A stretch of 64,000 bases of DNA from positions 320,001-384,000 of the forward strand of contig CAUVXB020000002.1 in NCBI GenBank assembly GCA_963555825.3, written 5' to 3'. This DNA is from Alphaproteobacteria bacterium. GTDB taxonomy: Bacteria > Pseudomonadota > Alphaproteobacteria > JAAXGF01. How positions within the stretch are numbered: the first letter of the stretch is position 1; each line of letters opens with the position of its first letter. Both the position numbers and the translations under genes were made by a program. This document shows positions 11,587 through 23,181 of this stretch, in pieces. The notes under the pieces are model-generated. The model ran no database searches and was not told the origin of the DNA. It worked only from the letters and a program-made list of their open reading frames with translations.

Positions 11587-12216
11587 ATGAAGCTAGTCAT
11601 TTTTGGCGCGACAGGAACGATCGGGCGCCAACTGGTCGATCAGGCGCTCTCGCAAGGCCATCGGGTAACGGCATTTGCGCGCAGCCCTGAAAAGTTCGGC
11701 CGAACCAATGAAAACCTTCGCGTGGCGCAGGGCGACGTCTTGGATCCTGCTTCGGTAAAGAGCGCGGTTCAAGGACAGGATGGCGCGCTGTGTGCGCTGG
11801 GCATGCCGATGGTGAACAAGGAAAATCTGCGGGCAAACGGCACGAAGAACATTATCCGCGCCATGCAGGAAACTGGCGTCAATCGGTTCGTCTGCTTATC
11901 GGCGCTTGGCGCTGGCGATAGCCGGGACATACTGCCGATTCACTTCAAGCATCTCATCATCCCGCTCGTTATGCGCCACCTCTATGCCGATCACGAGCTC
12001 CAGGAAAGCTATGCCAAGGACAGTCGGTTGGATTGGGTGATCGTTCGCCCCGGCAGCTTTTCAAACGGCAAATACACTGGCGCGTACCGCCACGGCTTTA
12101 CCGCCGTTGACAGGTCGCTCAAGCTCAAAGTGTCGGCGGCAGATGTTGCCGACTTCATGCTGAAGCAGCTTATCGACGACACCTATCTGCGCCAGACCCC
12201 CAGCCTGTCGTACTGA
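11587..12216 (+). CDS. NAD(P)H-binding flavin reductase / BVR-B-like SDR
   Basis: MKLVIFGATGTIG, LDWVIVRPG, DVADFM. Confidence 0.9.
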   Translation: MKLVIFGATGTIGRQLVDQALSQGHRVTAFARSPEKFGRTNENLRVAQGDVLDPASVKSAVQGQDGALCALGMPMVNKENLRANGTKNIIRAMQETGVNRFVCLSALGAGDSRDILPIHFKHLIIPLVMRHLYADHELQESYAKDSRLDWVIVRPGSFSNGKYTGAYRHGFTAVDRSLKLKVSAADVADFMLKQLIDDTYLRQTPSLSY

Positions 12217-12258
12217 CGCATGAACACTGACAACATCATCTCGTCACGGAGGACTAAC

Positions 12259-12768
12259 ATGACGTCAACTTGGTTTCTGATCCTATGCCAAATCTCCATT
12301 ATCGCCTGCGGACTGGTCTCCGGCGTCTTTCTGACGTTTTCGGATTTCGTCATGAAATCGCTGGCCGCGGCAAGCCCGGCCGGCGGCATCGAAGCCATGC
12401 AGATCATCAATCGCAAGGTCTTCAAATCGGTGTTCATGGTCCTGCTTTTGGGGATGTCCGCCTTCGCACCTTTTCTGATCGGCTACGCTCACCTCAACGT
12501 TACGGGGCCCGCGTCTGCCTGGATCGTTGCCGGCGGGGCCATCTATCTAGCCGGCGTGTTTCTTGTGACGCTCGCATTCAATGTGCCGATGAACCAACGC
12601 CTTGCCGCAATGGATTATTCCGCCGCCGACACCGTGCCTTACTGGCGGACCTATGTGCCATCATGGAGCTTTTGGAATCACGTTCGCGCAATCTCGTCTA
12701 CGGCATCGGCGATCTGCTATCTGGTTGCGTGTTCGTGGCTGGCTCAAGGGGCGATCGCAACTGGATAG
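12259..12768 (+). CDS. anthrone oxygenase (DUF1772) membrane protein
   Basis: GVFLTFSDFVM, GIEAMQ.IN, NVPMN, WNHVR. Confidence 0.9.
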   Translation: MTSTWFLILCQISIIACGLVSGVFLTFSDFVMKSLAAASPAGGIEAMQIINRKVFKSVFMVLLLGMSAFAPFLIGYAHLNVTGPASAWIVAGGAIYLAGVFLVTLAFNVPMNQRLAAMDYSAADTVPYWRTYVPSWSFWNHVRAISSTASAICYLVACSWLAQGAIATG

Positions 12769-12844
12769 GTGACGGGTTCTTTCGGCCACGGTTGACCGAC
12801 CGCTTTGCGACCCGAAAGCCGCGTCACATGGCAAAACCGAGACA

Positions 12845-13575
12845 CTACGCGCTGGCGAGAACCTGGAATATAAGCTGCGCGGTCTCGGGATCGACGACGC
12901 CGTCGACGTTGCGCGGGCGGAAGTGGCGCTGGAAGGCGGCGACGACCGCGCCGGTCTTGGCGCCGAACGCGCCGTCGACCGTCACCTCATAACCGAACTC
13001 GGCGAGCGCCCATTGGAACTCGACGACCGGCTTGCCGGCGTCGCCCGGCCTGAGACTCAGGCCCATCTCGCCGCGCGCGACCTTCGCCGTCGGCCACAGG
13101 CCGACCCCGGCGGCGGCGAGCCGCGCCCAGTCGAACAGCTCGCCGGGGTCCTGGCGGCGCCCGGGCGCGACATCGGAATGGCCGAGCACGTGGCGCGGCG
13201 GGATCGGCTGGCGCGCGACGATAGCGCGCCCCAGCGCCTCGACCGCCGCCATCTGCGCCTCGGGGAACGGCCGGAAGCCGAATTCGTGACCCGGGTTGAC
13301 GATCTCGACGCCGATCGAGCAGCCGTTGATGTCGCGGCGCCCGCGCCACGACGAAACGCCGGCATGCCAGGCGCGGCGGTGCTCGCCGACCAAGCCATAG
13401 ACCGCGCCGTCCTCGTCGATCAGATAATGCGCGCTGACCTTGGCCGCCGGATCGCAGAGCCGGGCCAACGCGGCCGCGGCGCTGGTCATGCCGGTGTAGT
13501 GCAGCACCAGCATGTCGATGGCGACGCCGGCCGGCCGGCCGTCGTGGTTGGGCGACGGGCGCTCGATCACGTCGC

Positions 13576-13579
<4 letters not shown>
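12845..13579 (-). CDS. N-acetylmuramoyl-L-alanine amidase (AmpD/AmiD-like)
   Basis: SPNH, VLHYTGM, VSAHY, AWHAG, SIGVE, GHSD..PGR..DPG. Confidence 0.95.
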
Positions 13580-15405
<1,826 letters not shown>

Positions 15406-15409
15406 GGCC

Positions 15410-15950
15410 TAGCCCGGCCTTCTCACCATGGACAGGCGCGTCATCGCGTCGGGCGGAGCCGAGCCGCCAGGAGAAGGCCGCCGAGCGTAGCCTGGGCTAC
15501 GCGCAAGGCCTTCGACGCCGCGGGCGGCCCGCCCGGCGCGACCCTTAAGGGCGGCGGATCTCGGACGACAGGCCGCGTCAAAGCGCTTGCCCGATGCGCG
15601 AGTACTCACTTGCACGATTCCACGGTACGTAGGACGGCCTTGCGCGGTCGTCCGGCAAGGCGCCCGGCGCGCCGTGATGCTGGGCGCATCACAAGCGCCG
15701 GGCAACGCCGCCGGCGGCCGCGCAAGGCCGCCCTGCGGGTCGCGTTTCCCGTCCCCTCGGGGCGTCGGGAACGCTCTGCGATGCCCAGGCATCGCCGTCA
15801 CGCCCCCGCCTGCCGAGGAAACGGGAAACGCGATCCTGCGTGCCGTGGAATCGTGCAAGGGAGTACTGGCATCGTGGCCTGCACGCTTTTCCTCGCCTGT
15901 CGTCCGATATCCGCCGTGCCGCACCTGTCCATGGTGAGAACTCCGGGCTA
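15410..15950. mobile_element. composite nested MITE-like palindromic element, copy 1
   Basis: Outer TIR TAGCCCGG..TTCTCACCATGGACAGG / CCTGTCCATGGTGAGAA..CCGGGCTA; inner element 15603-15865 with TIR TACTCACTTGCACGATTCCACGG / CCGTGGAATCGTGCAAGGGAGTA; near-identical copy at 61765-62304. Confidence 0.9.
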
Positions 15951-16676
15951 GCCGGCGCCGCGGCCGCGGCGAATCCGGGCGTAGGCCTCGTTGATCGTGG
16001 CCAGCTTGGCGTTGGCCACGTCGATGAATTCCTGCGGCATGCCCTGCGCCATCAGCTTATCGGGGTGATACTCGCGTACCAGCTTGTGGTACGCCGCCTT
16101 GGCCTCGGCGGCGCTGGCGCCGGGCGCGAGTCCGAGAATATCGTATGGATTGGTCGCATCCGGCGCGTCGTGGCCGGCCGAAATTCGATCGAAGGTCTCC
16201 TGATCGAAACCGAAGATCTCGGCAACGCGCCGCAGGAAGGCGAACTCGTTGGGATGGATGACGTTGTCGGCGCGGGCGATCTGGAACAGCCCGTCAAGCA
16301 ATTCCTCGAGCACGTGCGGACTGTCGCGGAACAGCTTGGCGACTTGGCGCGCATAGGGCTCGTAGCCGGCGGCGGCGCGCTTCGCCTGGTCGTAGAGCCG
16401 GCCGACGTCGCGCGTCGCCTGGGGCGGCACGCGGAACAGCCGTTTGAAGGTATCGACCTCGTCGCGCGTGACGACGCCGTCGGCCTTGGCCATCTTGGCG
16501 GCGAGCACGATCACCGCGACCGAGAACGCGGCCTGGCGCTGCTCTTCGCTGACCGGGCCCTTGGCAGCGCGCATCTTGTCGACGGCGTGTCCGGCCACCG
16601 TGCCGACGAGCGCGCCGATCGGGCCGCCGAGCGCGAAGCCCGCGGCACCGCCGACAATCTTTCCCCAAATGCTCAT
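15948..16676 (-). CDS. djlA: DjlA-like co-chaperone (TerB + J domain)
   Basis: GFALGGPIGALVG, AKMAKADG, NPYDILG, YHPDK. Confidence 0.9.
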   Translation of the reverse strand: MSIWGKIVGGAAGFALGGPIGALVGTVAGHAVDKMRAAKGPVSEEQRQAAFSVAVIVLAAKMAKADGVVTRDEVDTFKRLFRVPPQATRDVGRLYDQAKRAAAGYEPYARQVAKLFRDSPHVLEELLDGLFQIARADNVIHPNEFAFLRRVAEIFGFDQETFDRISAGHDAPDATNPYDILGLAPGASAAEAKAAYHKLVREYHPDKLMAQGMPQEFIDVANAKLATINEAYARIRRGRGAG

Positions 16677-16893
16677 CGACCCAGGTTACCGCCCGTCCGT
16701 TGCACGGCGCGCATACTGCCACAACGGCCGCTGCGCGGAAGAATTTTCCCGCACCCCGTATCGGCCTGAGGACTCGCGTTTTGCTTTGCCTTGGGTAACT
16801 ATAACGGCTTCGCTGCCTTCGCCGCATCGCGGATGGAAGCCGGGCGACACCGGCACGGGGCGGCCCTGTGACACGTACCAATTGGGAGGATGC

Positions 16894-18918
16894 ATGAGCG
16901 ACAAGCGTAACATTGCCATCGTCGGACCGTCGCTGAGCGGCAAGACGACGTTGTTCGAGAGCCTGCTGTTCGCCAGCGGCGCGATCGGCCGCAAGGGCAC
17001 GGTCAAGGACGGCACCACGGTGGGCGACAGCGCCCAGGAGGCACGCGACCGTCAGGTTTCGACCGAGGTCTCGGCGGCGAGCACCGAGCACAACGGTATT
17101 TCTTTCACCTTCATCGACTGCCCAGGCTCGATCGAATTCTCGGCCGAGGCGCGCAACGCGCTGATGGGCGTCGACGCGGCCCTGGTCGTCTGTGAGCCGA
17201 CACCCGACCGCCTTATGATGCTGGCGCCGACGCTCAAGTTCCTCGACGACAACGACATCCCGCATTTCGTCTTCGTCAACAAGATGGACCGCGCTAACGT
17301 CATGATGCGCGAGTTCATGCCGGCGATGCGCGCGGTCTCGGCGCATCCCTTGGTGCTGCAGCAGGTGCCGATCCGCGACGGCGAAGCGATCTCGGGCTAT
17401 GTCGAACTGATCAGCGACCAGGCCTACGCTTACCAGGGCAATGGTGCGTCCGAGCAGGTCGCCGCGCCCGAGACGGTGCAGGACCGCAAGGCGGCGGCGC
17501 GCACCGAACTCTTGGAATCGCTCGCCGACTTTGACGACACGTTGCTCGAGAAGCTGCTCGAGGACGAGGTGCCCTCGTCGTCGGAAATCCTCGAGTTCAT
17601 CAGGTCCGAGGTCGCCGAAAATCAGGTCGTCCCGGTGTTCATCGGCATCGCCGAGCACGGCAACGGCGTGCGCCGCCTGCTCGACCATCTCGCCGAGATG
17701 ACGCCGGCGCCGTCGAACACGCTGGCCCGGCGCGGCATCGACGCGGCGGGCGATGCGCTCGCCCAGGTGCTCAAGACCTACATGACGCCGCATGGCGGCA
17801 AACTCTCGCTGATCCGCGTGTGGCGCGGCAAGATCACCGATGGCATCACGCTCAGCGGCGTCCGCGTCGCCGGCATCTATCGGATGACCGGCGCAAACCA
17901 GGAAAAGCTGAGCGGCGCCGAGGGCGGCGATATCGTCGCCTTGGGCCGGCTCGAGGGCATCGCCACGGGCGACACCCTGGCGCTGGGCGGCAACGCGCCG
18001 GCGCAAGGACTGCCGAGCGCCGCGCCGCTGGCGCCGGCCTTCGCCAAGGCGATCACCACCGAAAACCGTGACGACGAGGTCAAGCTGTCGGCGGCGATCG
18101 CGAAGGTGCTCGAGGAGGATACGTCGCTCTCGGTCGGGCAAAACAGCGAGACCCACGAGTTCGTCATGTGGGGCCAGGGCGAGATCCATATTCAGGTCGC
18201 GATCGACCGCCTCAGGAACAAGTACAATCTGTCGATCAACACGGCGACGCCGAAGGTCGCCTACAAGGAGGCGATCCGAAAGTCGACCTCGCAGCATGGC
18301 CGCTTCAAGCGCCAGACCGGCGGCCACGGCATGTTCGGCGACGTCCACCTCGACATCAAGCCACTGCCGCGCGGCAGCGGCTTCGAATTCGTGCAGAAGA
18401 TCGTCGGCGGCTCGGTGCCCAGGCAGTACATCCCGGCGGTCGAGGCCGGCGTGCGCGAGTCGCTCAACAAGGGCCCGCTCGGCTTCCCGCTGGTCGACGT
18501 CTCGGTGACGCTGACCGACGGCGCCTTCCACGCGGTCGATTCGAACGAACAGTCGTTCAAGCTGGCCGCCCGGGTGGCGATGACCGAGGGCATCCCGAAC
18601 TGCAGACCGGTGTTGTTGGAGCCGATCTGCAACGTCACCATATCGATACCCAACGACGCGACCTCGAAGGTCCACGGCGTGATCAGCGGCCGGCGCGGCC
18701 AGATCCTCGGCTACCAGGCCAAGGAAGGCTGGGACGGTTGGGACGAGATCGAGGCCCACATGCCGCAGTCCGAGCTTCACGACCTGATCGTCGAGCTGCG
18801 CTCGTTGACGCTCGGCGTCGGCTGGTACACCTCACAATTCGACCACCTGACCGAGCTGACCGGCCGCCTGGCCAGCGACCTGCTCGCCCGGCACGCGGCG
18901 GAAAACGAGAAGCATTAG
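16894..18918 (+). CDS. elongation factor G-like protein (EF-G2 paralogue)
   Basis: GPSLSGKTT, DCPG, NKMD, KRQTGGHGMFGDV, VDSNEQSF, LLEP; degenerate relative to canonical fusA; RBS GGAGG. Confidence 0.9.
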   Translation: MSDKRNIAIVGPSLSGKTTLFESLLFASGAIGRKGTVKDGTTVGDSAQEARDRQVSTEVSAASTEHNGISFTFIDCPGSIEFSAEARNALMGVDAALVVCEPTPDRLMMLAPTLKFLDDNDIPHFVFVNKMDRANVMMREFMPAMRAVSAHPLVLQQVPIRDGEAISGYVELISDQAYAYQGNGASEQVAAPETVQDRKAAARTELLESLADFDDTLLEKLLEDEVPSSSEILEFIRSEVAENQVVPVFIGIAEHGNGVRRLLDHLAEMTPAPSNTLARRGIDAAGDALAQVLKTYMTPHGGKLSLIRVWRGKITDGITLSGVRVAGIYRMTGANQEKLSGAEGGDIVALGRLEGIATGDTLALGGNAPAQGLPSAAPLAPAFAKAITTENRDDEVKLSAAIAKVLEEDTSLSVGQNSETHEFVMWGQGEIHIQVAIDRLRNKYNLSINTATPKVAYKEAIRKSTSQHGRFKRQTGGHGMFGDVHLDIKPLPRGSGFEFVQKIVGGSVPRQYIPAVEAGVRESLNKGPLGFPLVDVSVTLTDGAFHAVDSNEQSFKLAARVAMTEGIPNCRPVLLEPICNVTISIPNDATSKVHGVISGRRGQILGYQAKEGWDGWDEIEAHMPQSELHDLIVELRSLTLGVGWYTSQFDHLTELTGRLASDLLARHAAENEKH

Positions 18919-18974
18919 CGGCACGGATCGTCGAATTCTGGTTTTCAATCGGGCCACCCAAGGAGCGCTGCGAC

Positions 18975-19379
18975 ATGTCCGACGTCGAGGTCCTGTACAG
19001 CCCGAAGATCGGCCGCGGCTATTCGACGACCACCGCGCATGGCACCAAGGCGGGCGGCTTCGTCTTCGTGACCGGGCAGGTCGCGGTAAAGCCGGGCGAG
19101 CACGGCGTCGAGGCGCGCGGCGAAATCGGCGAAATGGGCACGCTCGAAGAGCAGACGGTGCGGGTCATGGAGAACGTCGAGGCGATCCTCGCCGAAGCCG
19201 GCACGACGCTCGCCCACGTCGTCAAACGCAACGTCTACCTGACCCACGCGGGCGACTTCGATGCCGTTCACGCCGTGCTGGAGCGCTACTTTCAGCCGCT
19301 CGCCACGACCACCGTCGTCGCCGGCCTGATACCGCCGAGCGCCCGGCTCGAGATCGACGTCATCGCGGTGCTGCCCTAG
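18975..19379 (+). CDS. Rid (YjgF/YER057c/UK114) family protein
   Basis: FVFVTGQV, EQT..VMEN, LEIDVIA; the catalytic Arg of RidA appears absent. Confidence 0.85.
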   Translation: MSDVEVLYSPKIGRGYSTTTAHGTKAGGFVFVTGQVAVKPGEHGVEARGEIGEMGTLEEQTVRVMENVEAILAEAGTTLAHVVKRNVYLTHAGDFDAVHAVLERYFQPLATTTVVAGLIPPSARLEIDVIAVLP

Positions 19380-19466
19380 AACGGCGCTCTGCTCATCGAC
19401 GGCATGCCCGCCGAGGCGTTCGGCATCCCGCCGCGCGCGTCCCGTCCGACCACGAACACGGCCCCG

Positions 19467-19540
19467 ATGTCTGCTGTCGGAGGGTAAGCGGACCAAATTT
19501 TTGGTAGCGCGAAACGTCTCAAGTTGATCCAGAGCAGAAT
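19467..19540. repeat. double-hairpin repeat (ATGTC.GCT..AGCGGAC type), copy A
   Basis: ATGTCTGCT...AAGCGGAC followed by a degenerate second hairpin; related to 21927-21987 and 23068-23144. Confidence 0.55.
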
Positions 19541-19838
19541 ATACATTCACTCGATTGCCTTGAGCATGTCACATTGCATGTTTATCATTGAACACATAAA
19601 CTTCAGTATGTGGGTCGTTGTTTTCTCGGCGTGCTTCCCAATCGACTTGACCATGAACAGAAACGAACCAAACAAAGAGACAAACTTTAAACGCGAGCAT
19701 GATTTCAGAACTCCGAACATTCAGAGAAAAACCATTACACAGCGAGGTACAGTGTTGGCACCCAAGCGCAATACGCAGCGCCTGAAGAGCAGCGTACTTT
19801 TGGTGTATCGCACCCGGTTCCTTGGACACAAGTTTGTC

Positions 19839-20750
19839 TCATGCGGCGGGCCTGAGTGACATCGCGGTGTGCCACGCCTGACGAGCTTGAGCGGGGCTCA
19901 GGTAGCCGTTCTTCTCCACGATCCACTGGGCATTGTACTGTTCGACGAACCCGCGGACGGCGTTCCGCAGCTCCGCGATGTTGCGGTAGATGCGGCCATG
20001 GATGATCTGTTCCTTGAGCGTGCGATTGAACCTCTCGGCGACGCCGTTGGTCTGGGGCTGTTCGACGAAGGCGTAGGACGGCTGGATGCCCCAGAACTTG
20101 ATCTGGTTGGTGAAGTGGTCCGACAGATACTGGGAGCCGTGATCCATCCGCAAGGCCAGCCCCCGCGCCGCACCGGCGGAGGTCGAGGCATACAGCCTCG
20201 CAAGCCCCATGGAGATCGGCTGAAGGGCGGCGAAGCGGTCGCCTCGCTTGCACACATGCCAGCCGACGCACTCGGCGTTCCAATGCTCGATGGCGGTGAA
20301 TATCCAGCCCCAGCCGTCGTCCACCGTGAACACCCGAACGCCGTCCGTGCCCCACATGAGGTTGGGGGCATGGGTGATGATCTCACCGACATGGGGATTT
20401 CCGCCACGGCGGCGGCAGCGATGGGGCGAGAGCAGGTTGTTCTCGCGCATCACCCGGAGCCCCCGCTTGCGGGAAACACGGATGCCACGACAGACCCGAA
20501 GCCGAGCCCAGACCTTGCGGTGTCCCTCGCCCTCCCAGGGGGATGCCTCCAGGTCGGCCTCGATGGCCACCAGCAGAGCCTCGTCCGAGATCGAGGGCTT
20601 CGGTCCCCGGCGCTTTGCTGGTGGGCGCTCAGCGGTGGCCTGCTGCCGGGATTTCATGGCGTAGAACGAGGAACGGGCAAAACCCCAGGCCGCACAGACC
20701 CGCTGGAGGCCGTAGGCCAAACCCGTGCCGGGAGAGGTGGCGGCACTCAT
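19839..20750 (-). CDS. IS transposase, integrase-core (rve) subunit
   Basis: WGTD, DHGSQY, NGVAERFNRTLK. Confidence 0.92.
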   Translation of the reverse strand: MSAATSPGTGLAYGLQRVCAAWGFARSSFYAMKSRQQATAERPPAKRRGPKPSISDEALLVAIEADLEASPWEGEGHRKVWARLRVCRGIRVSRKRGLRVMRENNLLSPHRCRRRGGNPHVGEIITHAPNLMWGTDGVRVFTVDDGWGWIFTAIEHWNAECVGWHVCKRGDRFAALQPISMGLARLYASTSAGAARGLALRMDHGSQYLSDHFTNQIKFWGIQPSYAFVEQPQTNGVAERFNRTLKEQIIHGRIYRNIAELRNAVRGFVEQYNAQWIVEKNGYLSPAQARQAWHTAMSLRPAA

Positions 20751-21178
20751 CGCCGCGACCTCCGCCGCCCCAAAGGGCCGGACGTCTCCGTCTTGGCCTC
20801 CAGCAGTTCCACCTGCATGATCAACTCCCCGATCCGCTTCATGGCGATGTCCAGTTCCGCCTTCACCGGATCGCCCTTGCGTTCCTTGAGCGAGGCATCG
20901 ATCCCGGCGATCGCCTTCTCACGCCACTGCTCGAGCCGGAAAATCTCCACGCCCAACTGCCGCGACAAAAGTTCCACCGGCTCGCCACGCAAAAGCCGCA
21001 GGGCAACCTCACGCTTGCGCGTCACCGTCCACCGCTGGCCAAGTCCCAGCGGGCCTGCCGGCGAAACCTGGCCCGGGGAAAACGTGGACGAGCCAAGCTC
21101 GCCCTCGTTTACCACAGGCCCATCAACAGCAACTTTGTTCTCAAAATTGTCGGTCATGTTCCGGTCCTCCTTGGACAC
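20747..21178 (-). CDS. IS OrfA HTH protein
   Basis: RWTVTRKREVALRLLRGE..LSRQLGV..W; ATGA overlap with the transposase. Confidence 0.85.
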   Translation of the reverse strand: MSKEDRNMTDNFENKVAVDGPVVNEGELGSSTFSPGQVSPAGPLGLGQRWTVTRKREVALRLLRGEPVELLSRQLGVEIFRLEQWREKAIAGIDASLKERKGDPVKAELDIAMKRIGELIMQVELLEAKTETSGPLGRRRSRR

Positions 21179-22046
21179 TTCGATTAAGCCAATTCTGTGT
21201 CCAAGGAAATCGGGTCCGACTCACAGCGTACTTTTGGCGATGGGGTTTCTGATGGTGATGGCAGCCTTGGGGCAATCGGCTCACGCTCTAGACGATGATC
21301 CGACGGAGTTCCGGCGCATTCCGACGCAGTTCATCGCGGCGTTGGGTGATCCGGGTGCGACCTCCGGGATTGGCGCACAATTGTGGGGTCTGTGGCGTCT
21401 GGATCCGGGTCCGCGGGGGGTGCGGCTGGCCAACTTCGAGCAATTGAAGGCCGCAGGTGGAGTCGCCCCGGCACAATGGGAATTCGACAGCACGGATTGG
21501 TGGCTGGAAGAAAACGGCTTGATCATGGAGCCGCCAGACTTCTCGGTCCCCGCCGGTAAATACGTCGTCACAGGTAACCGCGAGGTGGTGAGCGTGCTGA
21601 CCATTCATCCCGCAGACGACGATGGTGCTCAGTACTGGGAGCTTGACGATGGCGCGACGCTTTATGATGTGACGCACTTGCGATGCCGCTCCGCGCGCTA
21701 TACATCGACGACGAGTGATGGTTCGTGTTCGCCAGCCAACGCGCAGATGACTGCATTTCCAGTTACGCCGGGAGGCCCGATGCCCCCAGTCGAGGGCTGC
21801 AATAAGCAAGACTACACAGTTCTCTTCATGATTGGTGTAGCTGTGGAAAACTGATCGTCGCTGATTTGTGCTGCATGACGACAGCGCGCTTTACGAAATT
21901 GTGAACCATCAAAATTGTCTGTGCGGAATGGCCGCTTATATGAGGCGCGCCACGCCACGGGGTCTGCTTCGTGCTCGTAAGCCAACGTGAGTTTCGTCAA
22001 AATTGGAAGTTGCGTGTTCCAGTCCGGTTACCGCTCAGTCCGGCGC

Positions 22047-22943
22047 CTATAACAAGTCCTTCACCGCCGCGAAAAACTCGCGAGCTGCGGCGGCGTGATC
22101 GTCGAAGCTCCGCCCCGCAATGCGTCGGTGGTGGCCGACATCGAAAGCGGTGTTGAGAGTGATGTGGGTCGCGCCCAGTTCGCGCCAGCCCGATACCTCC
22201 CGACACCAGTCCTCCGCTGTCGCGGCGCCCATCGAGACCCAGGCGTCGATACCGATCTCGTCCCGGCTGCGCCCTTCGGCCTCGGCGTAGCCCATCAGGG
22301 TCTCGATCTCGCGCCGGGCGGTCTCGCCGGCGGCACAGTGCAGCGGCATCCAGCCGTCACCCACCCGGGCGATACGTCGCAACACATTGTCGTGCTTCCC
22401 TCCGAACCAGACCGGTAAGGGTTTACGGGTCGGCAGGGGATTGATCCCGGCATTGGGGATATGGTGCCACTTGCCCTCGAACAGCACATACGGTTCGCTC
22501 CACAGCGCCTTCATCACCTCGACCTGTTCCTCCGAGCGTACGCCCCGGTTGGAGAAGTTTTCGCCGAGCGCGACGAACTCCGCCTCGTTCCAGCCGATCC
22601 CCACCCCCAAGCGGAGCCGCCCGCCGCTCAGAATGTCCACTGAGGCCGCCTGCTTGGCGACCAGCGCGGTCTGACGCTGGGACAGGACGAGCACCTGCAC
22701 CGAGAGCTCGATGGTTCTGGTCTGGCCCGCCAGATACCCGAACAGGACAAAAGGGTCGTGGTAGATATCATCGGAGGAATCGACGCCGTCCCAGTCGGGG
22801 CGGCTCGTCGGATCGACCCCCACCACGTGGTCGTAAACGACCAAATGATGGTAGCCGATCCCCTCAGCGAGCTGGGCAAAATCCCGGAGCACCGCCGGGT
22901 CGGCGCCGAGGTCGGTCTCGGGCAGGCTGATTCCCAGTTTCAT
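22047..22943 (-). CDS. LLM-class (F420-dependent type) oxidoreductase
   Basis: YDHVVG, HDPFVLFGYLA, LSGGRLRLGVGIGWN..EF. Confidence 0.9.
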   Translation of the reverse strand: MKLGISLPETDLGADPAVLRDFAQLAEGIGYHHLVVYDHVVGVDPTSRPDWDGVDSSDDIYHDPFVLFGYLAGQTRTIELSVQVLVLSQRQTALVAKQAASVDILSGGRLRLGVGIGWNEAEFVALGENFSNRGVRSEEQVEVMKALWSEPYVLFEGKWHHIPNAGINPLPTRKPLPVWFGGKHDNVLRRIARVGDGWMPLHCAAGETARREIETLMGYAEAEGRSRDEIGIDAWVSMGAATAEDWCREVSGWRELGATHITLNTAFDVGHHRRIAGRSFDDHAAAAREFFAAVKDLL

Positions 22944-22946
22944 CAT

Positions 22947-23053
22947 CCGACATTCCCCAGATAGCCCCCAATTTCAGGGAAATCGTACCACCGTTCCACC
23001 GCCAACAGAACGGCATCCCGTCCGTAGCCATCCGATGCCCTTATTTGGGGCAT
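22947..23053 (-). mobile_element. orphan right end of an IS1380-like element
   Basis: CCGACATTCCCC...GGAAATCGTACCAC...AGCCATCCGATG is a diverged reverse complement of 25370-25477. Confidence 0.8.
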
Positions 23054-23067
23054 CCAAGGTGCCGGCG

Positions 23068-23144
23068 AATGTCCGTTCGTGGCTATGAACGGACGTCCAG
23101 CGGAAAGGTTCGCGGTGTCCGTTTCCTGCTCGTAAGCGGAAGTT
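23068..23144. repeat. double-hairpin repeat, copy C
   Basis: GTCCGTTC..GAACGGAC then GTCCGTTT..AAGCGGAAG; degenerate same-orientation copy at 21927-21987 shares TGCTCGTAAGC. Confidence 0.55.
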
Positions 23145-23181
23145 ACAATTCTGAATCTCCGGGCGCCAGGCGCCAAATGGT

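Larger units (their letters stand above)
19804..21223 (-). mobile_element. two-ORF IS3-like (rve/DDE) insertion sequence
   Basis: IRs TGTATCGCACCCGGTTCCTTGGACACA / TGAGTCGGACCCGATTTCCTTGGACACA; 14-bp direct repeat CAGCGTACTTTTGG at 19790-19803 and 21224-21237. Confidence 0.93.
19752..21854 (+). pseudogene. secreted hypothetical protein interrupted by an IS in its signal peptide
   Basis: Removing the IS and one target copy gives MLAPKRNTQRLKSSVLLAMGFLMVMAALGQSAHA-LDDDPTEFRRIPTQFIAALGDP...; start codon uncertain. Confidence 0.75.

Noticed and set aside
15409-15951. ORFs of 113-171 aa within the MITE composite and its second copy
   Set aside because: Arg/Ala/Pro-rich translations of palindromic GC-rich DNA with no motif; reading frames differ between the two copies
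16294-18780. Long antisense ORFs such as the 828-aa one, also 13666-15261, 43222-44742 and 59143-60774
   Set aside because: Shadow frames of genuine high-GC genes on the opposite strand
19790-19803. IS target as a dif/Xer-like site, as for IS1202-group elements
   Set aside because: No resemblance to XerC/XerD arms in the flanks
19869-21854. 661-aa ORF as one protein
   Set aside because: It is the antisense frame of the IS running into the 3' part of the interrupted secreted-protein gene
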